A DNA stretch of 64,000 nt from the human T2T-CHM13v2.0 reference genome, Homo sapiens, in assembly GCF_009914755.1 (NCBI RefSeq), contig NC_060941.1; one strand, 5' to 3'. Each line of letters starts with the position of its first letter. The first letter of the stretch is position 1. This document shows positions 44,555 through 64,000 of this stretch, in pieces. Below the pieces are notes generated by a model, which was given only the letters and a program-made list of their open reading frames with translations, ran no database searches and was not told the origin of the DNA. The position numbers were made by a program, and so were the translations under genes.

Positions 44555-45517
44555 TGTAGGGTCCAGCCCTATGGGGCTTAGCGGGTGTTCCCCACCGTGT
44601 GCAGAGACGAGAGATTGTAATAAATTAAGACACAAGACAAAGAGATAAAGAGAAAGCAGCTGGGCCTGGGGGATGACTACCAAGACGCGGAGACCGGTAG
44701 TGGCCCTGAACCACTGGTTGCGCTGATATTTATTGCATACAAGACAAGGGGGCAGGGTAAGGAGGGTGAATCTTCTAAGTGATTGACAAGGTGCAGCAAG
44801 TCACGTGATCACAGGACAGGGGGCCCTTCCCTTTTAGGTAGCCGAAGTAGAGAGAGAAGGCAGCATACGTCAGCGTTTTCTTCTATGCACTGATAAGAAA
44901 GATCAAAGACATTAAGACTTTCACTATTTCTTCTACTGCTCTCTACTACGAATTTCAAAGAGGAACCAGGAGTACGGGAGGAACATGAAAGTGGACAAGG
45001 AGCGTGAGCATTGAAGCACAGCACCACAGGGAGGGGTTTAGGCCTCCGGATGACTGCGGGGAGGCCTGGATAATATCCAGCCTTCCACAAGAAGCTGGTG
45101 GAGCAGAGTGTTCCCTGACTCCTCCAAGGAAAGGAGACTCCCTTTCGCGATCTGCTAAGTAACGGGTGTCTTCCCAGGCACTAGCGTTACCGCTTGACCA
45201 AGGAGCCCTCAAGCGGCCCTTATGCGAGCGTGACAGAAGGTTCACCTCTTGCCTTCTAGGTCACTTCTCACAATGTCCCTTCAGCACCTGACCCTATACC
45301 CGCCGGTTATTCCTAGGTTATATTAGTAATGCAACAAACAGTAATATTAAAAGCTAATGATTAATAATGTCTATAATAATGATTGATAATTGTCCATGAT
45401 CATCTCTATATCTAATTTGTATTATGACTATTCTTATTCTAACTATTTCTTTATTATACTGAAACAGTTTGTGCCTTCAGTCTCTTACCTTGGCACCTAG
45501 GTAATCTTTCGCCCACA
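44555..45517 (-). mobile_element. Solo ERVK-class LTR, LTR13/LTR13A type (963 bp)
   Basis: TG...CA termini (- strand TGTGGGCGAAAGATTACCTAGGTGCC...GGCTGGACCCTACA) match the recalled LTR13 consensus. Perfect 6-bp TSD ACATGA at 44549-44554 and 45518-45523. LTR poly(A) signal on - strand at 44729-44734. Confidence 0.9.
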
Positions 45518-46121
45518 ACATGAGATGAGGGTTGTGGATTGAATGGAAAGGGGGAGGTGGAGCGAGCCTTTGGCAAGAGTGCGGTGGGAAAGCCAAGCTC
45601 TCACCATGGTCACAGACTCCACCGACTTTGACAAGCGCCGCAAGGCACACTATGACAAAGGGAAGTTTCTCAAGGCTCAGAAAAACCAGCCCTTGGAGAA
45701 TGAAGAGGATGAGGATGACAATGGTGGTATTATCAGTATCAGCGGTGGCAGTCAAGGCGTGATGCTGGACCCAGAGCCCAGGCCTGTGCAGAGAGGCTTG
45801 GCAGGAGAACTAGCCAGAGGAGCCAAAGATGAGCCAGGCCTGGTCACCTGGAGGCACATCCTTGAAGCCGAGGGTTAGCGATGGCGGGGCTCCAGGGACT
45901 AGAGGGGGTTGTATTCCAGAGCCCGTTCCTCACTTCTCTACCACAGTCTGTCTTCCTCAGTGGCTATCAGCCCAAGACTCTGCTGCCTGACAGGGAGGTA
46001 ATGCTGGGAAGTAACCCCAGGGAAGAAAGAGGGCAGCTGGAGGAAGGACCCCACTCAGGATAGTCCCCGGAGATTATTGGCTGTTGAGGAACAGAAAGTC
46101 TGATTGGGGGCTGATTTGTTG

Positions 46122-46430
46122 GCCAGGCCCAGTGGCTCACTTCTGTAATCCCAGCACTTTGGGAGGATTGCTTGAGGCCAGAAGTTCAAAACCAGCCTGG
46201 GCAACGTAGGGAGACCTCATCTCTACAAAAAAAGAAAAAGAAAAAAATTGTTTTTAATTAGCCAGGTGTGGTGGCGTGCACCTGTAGTCCAGGCTACTGG
46301 GGAGGCTAAGGTGGGAGGATAGCTTGAGCCCAGGAGTTTGAGGCTGCCGTGAGCGATGATGGCACTAACACATTCCAGCCTGGGTAACATAGCAAGATCT
46401 TGTCTCAAAAAATAAATAAAAAAATAAACA
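46122..46430 (+). mobile_element. AluJ-like element
   Basis: Diverged Alu with A-rich tail. Confidence 0.85.
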
Positions 46431-47903
46431 AAAGTCCGAGACAACCATGGGGGGAGGTGGAGCGGTCACTGAAGTTTTTCTAAAATGGGAAGGGTAAGAG
46501 AAGTCAGTGAGATGAGGATCTGGGGCCTGAGCTTCTCCCCTCTGGTGAGGGCCCACAACAGACACCTGGGAGGCATGGATACACCAGATGGCTAGAAGAC
46601 TTGGATTCATTTGATTGATTCCTCAGATTCCTCCACCTACAGAAATCAGTCCCCCCAGCTGTGGCCACTATCATATTGGGGCAGGAGATTGCTCTGCAGC
46701 ACAAGGAATATGATGGCAAAGGACTATACCTGAGGTCCTGCTCCCACCCAGAGCTTGTAGAGGACGTGGAAGATGAGCATCAGGATGGTGAGAACCTGGG
46801 CAGGCCAGCCTAGGGGGCAGGAGGGCTGGGAATGCACAGCCTGATGGGTACCCGAGCCCTGATCCCTGATTCTAGGCTCCACAAGCTTGACCTAGGTGAT
46901 TGAGAACCCCGTAAGCACTGAAGTCCACCTACTGGACCACATGGGAGGCCCCTTTAGGGATCACAAGGCCACGGAGAGCTCCCTGATGGCAACAATGACA
47001 ACATTGCAGCCTGTTGAGGGCACCAGGCCACCATCTCCCTGGGGCTGTCTCTTGGCAAGCTCCCATCTCCCAGCCCTCCAATTCTTTCAGGCCAGTACAT
47101 CAGCAACAGGTGGAAGGAGAGGCCCTGAACAGCCTCAAGTCCAAGGTCCACATTGGACAGGCGAGGAACCAGGGAGACTCAGAGGCGGTTGGGACCCCCT
47201 CCAGCTTGGCACCACACACTGGCTCCATGCCTCCTCCTTCACTCCTCTGCCACACCACCCCACTCCAGGTATTTCTCTGTCCTCCAAAGACAGTGAGTCT
47301 CAAGTGGTGTCCAGCTGGTGGCTGGGGGGCTGAGCTGGCAAAGCCCAAGGAGTTCAGAGAGGGAGAGTGGAAGCAACCCCAACTCCTCAAGCCAGAACAA
47401 GCACAGCCTGGCACACTGAGCCTGGGCAGAGGCAAGGGGATGCATACACTGGCCAGGGAGGTAGAGGAGCTGAGTGGGGAGGTTCTAGGGGATCCAGAGT
47501 CACATGGACAAGATCTCATGCCTGCTACGAGAAAGCCATGAACTCAAACTCTTCTCTCCAGATGAAACCCTGGGACTTCAATGGACTCAAGAAAAGGAAA
47601 GCAAACAATGGAAAATGGGGCTGGTTGGGGGCGGAGTGGGGGCAACCTTCCCTTCATGACCACCCTATGAATAGAAATAAAGAGCAGAAGAGCAAGAGTC
47701 TGGGAGCTGTGAATCGGGTGCTCAGGCTGGGCCTGCTCAGTCGTTGAGGAGAGGGGAGGAGGAAGGGGAGTTCACACACAGGAACCATGAATATGACGGC
47801 AAAACGAAGAAAGCTGGGAGCAGTCCGGGGTACTGGACTCCACAGGAGCAGGCCCAAGCTGTAGCAGGATGACAATGACTGATGCAATTAATATAGTGAA
47901 CCA

Positions 47904-48215
<312 letters not shown>

Positions 48216-48229
48216 TTACTGCTATCACC

Positions 48230-48370
48230 TTCTTCACTTCGTACAGCCCTGGAGGAAGGGGTTATCATTCCCATCTTCCAGATGAGAAAACTGAGGAATC
48301 AGAGAGCTCGTCCAGGGGCACATAACCTCTAAGTGACAGAGCCAGGATTTGAACCTAGATCTGCCAGGCC
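48230..48370 (-). mobile_element. MIR fragment
   Basis: cccatcttccagatgagaaaactgagg...gccaggatttgaacctagatctg core motif. Confidence 0.7.
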
Positions 48371-48719
48371 CCCAAGATAACCACGAAGAGAGAAAGAAAC
48401 AGAGGCTAGAGCCCCAGGAGGAAGGAGCTGGCAGATCGTCTCTGAGGGTGGGGCTGTGGCTTCTCTGATCTCAGGCCCCCATCCTCCGCCCAGGCCCCGC
48501 CCCTGCCCCTCCCAGCACTGCCTGGAAGTGTGGGGTGAGAGCTCCTCCTAGGACACCCCTTTCCCCTTGGGGAAAGAATTGTGCCCCCAGGCCCTTCCCC
48601 GCGGAGGTCCCTCTCCTCCTTCCCCCTCATCTCCCCTTCCTGGGACAGAAAGTGCCTCCACCTGCATCCCCAGGGGCCCGGCCTCCAGGGCCCGCTGGCC
48701 CCACAGCAGGCAAGCTGAG

Positions 48720-63380
<14,661 letters not shown>

Positions 63381-63449
63381 CCCGAGGCCCACGGGGCCCG
63401 CGCCTGCCTCCCTTCCCCGCCACCGGGCCCTCTGCCATTAAAGCCTCCG

Positions 63450-64000
63450 TGCTTCGCTCTTCCCTTCTGGTTCACTTCTTGGGCGCCACCTTCGGGCCCG
63501 TAGGGTGTTGGGCGCTGCGGCTCCCGAGGTGCGGGGAGCAGCTGGGGGTTTGCGAGCTCCAGTCCAGCAAGGTGCGACTCCGGGGAGCGAGGCGGCAGCT
63601 TCGGCCGCGGCCTGAGCGCAGGGCGCTGCGGGGCGGGGGCTCTCGGGCTGGGGCGACGTGGCCAGCCCAGTCCTGCCGAGGGGTGGGGCTGGCCCTGGGG
63701 CTCGCTGGCCCCGCGCCGCCGCGGAGAGAGCGCGCCCGGGCCACCCCGGCTGGAAGGCATCCCCGGAATGCGGCGGCTCAGCACCCGCCCCCTCGGGAAT
63801 TCCCCGGGGGAGCCGCTGGGAGGGACTCGGCTCCCGGGCTGGGCCGGCCGGGCCTCGGGCTCTGAGCGGTGGGATTAGAGGCTCCAGCCCCGCCGACTTG
63901 CAGACGTGAGATCGGGCACACCTGAGCGGCGGCGGGGCGGTCGTGGCCACATCCGGGGCGACGTGCCTGAGTCACCCCGTCCCGCCAGCGTCTGCCAGTC
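63450..64000 (+). promoter_or_regulatory. KCTD11: CpG island: promoter and 5' end of the next gene (KCTD11 by synteny)
   Basis: CpG-rich with GC boxes and two GACGTG motifs (63903-63908, 63960-63965). Identity is inferred from recalled gene order; no CDS lies in the window. Confidence 0.6.

Overview
This is human-type genomic DNA: GC-rich, Alu-dense, with spliced genes. From recalled protein sequences and gene order it matches the 17p13.1 block YBX2(-, 5' part) / EIF5A(+) / GPS2(-) / NEURL4(-) / ACAP1(+) / start of KCTD11(+). I assembled exon chains by hand from GT-AG junctions. They give open frames of 154 aa (EIF5A), 327 aa (GPS2), 1562 aa (NEURL4) and 740 aa (ACAP1). The most interesting element lies between NEURL4 and ACAP1 (about 42437-47681, + strand): an intron-containing paralogue of protein phosphatase 1 inhibitor-2 (PPP1R2/IPP-2 family), head-to-head with NEURL4. 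Exons 1-4 are still fully open and keep the PP1-docking motifs (SILR, KSQHW, PNTP). The exon-4 donor reads AT instead of GT, a solo LTR13-type LTR with a perfect 6-bp target-site duplication (TSD) sits on that dead donor, and the downstream exons carry a probable frameshift and an in-frame stop. Read-through into the LTR would give a 289-aa chimeric protein that docks PP1 but lacks the active-site-blocking helix. Other observations include two Alu insertions in ACAP1 whose TSDs duplicate 5' splice sites, and a CpG-rich insert flanked by a direct repeat upstream of YBX2. No database was searched: gene and repeat names come from recognition.
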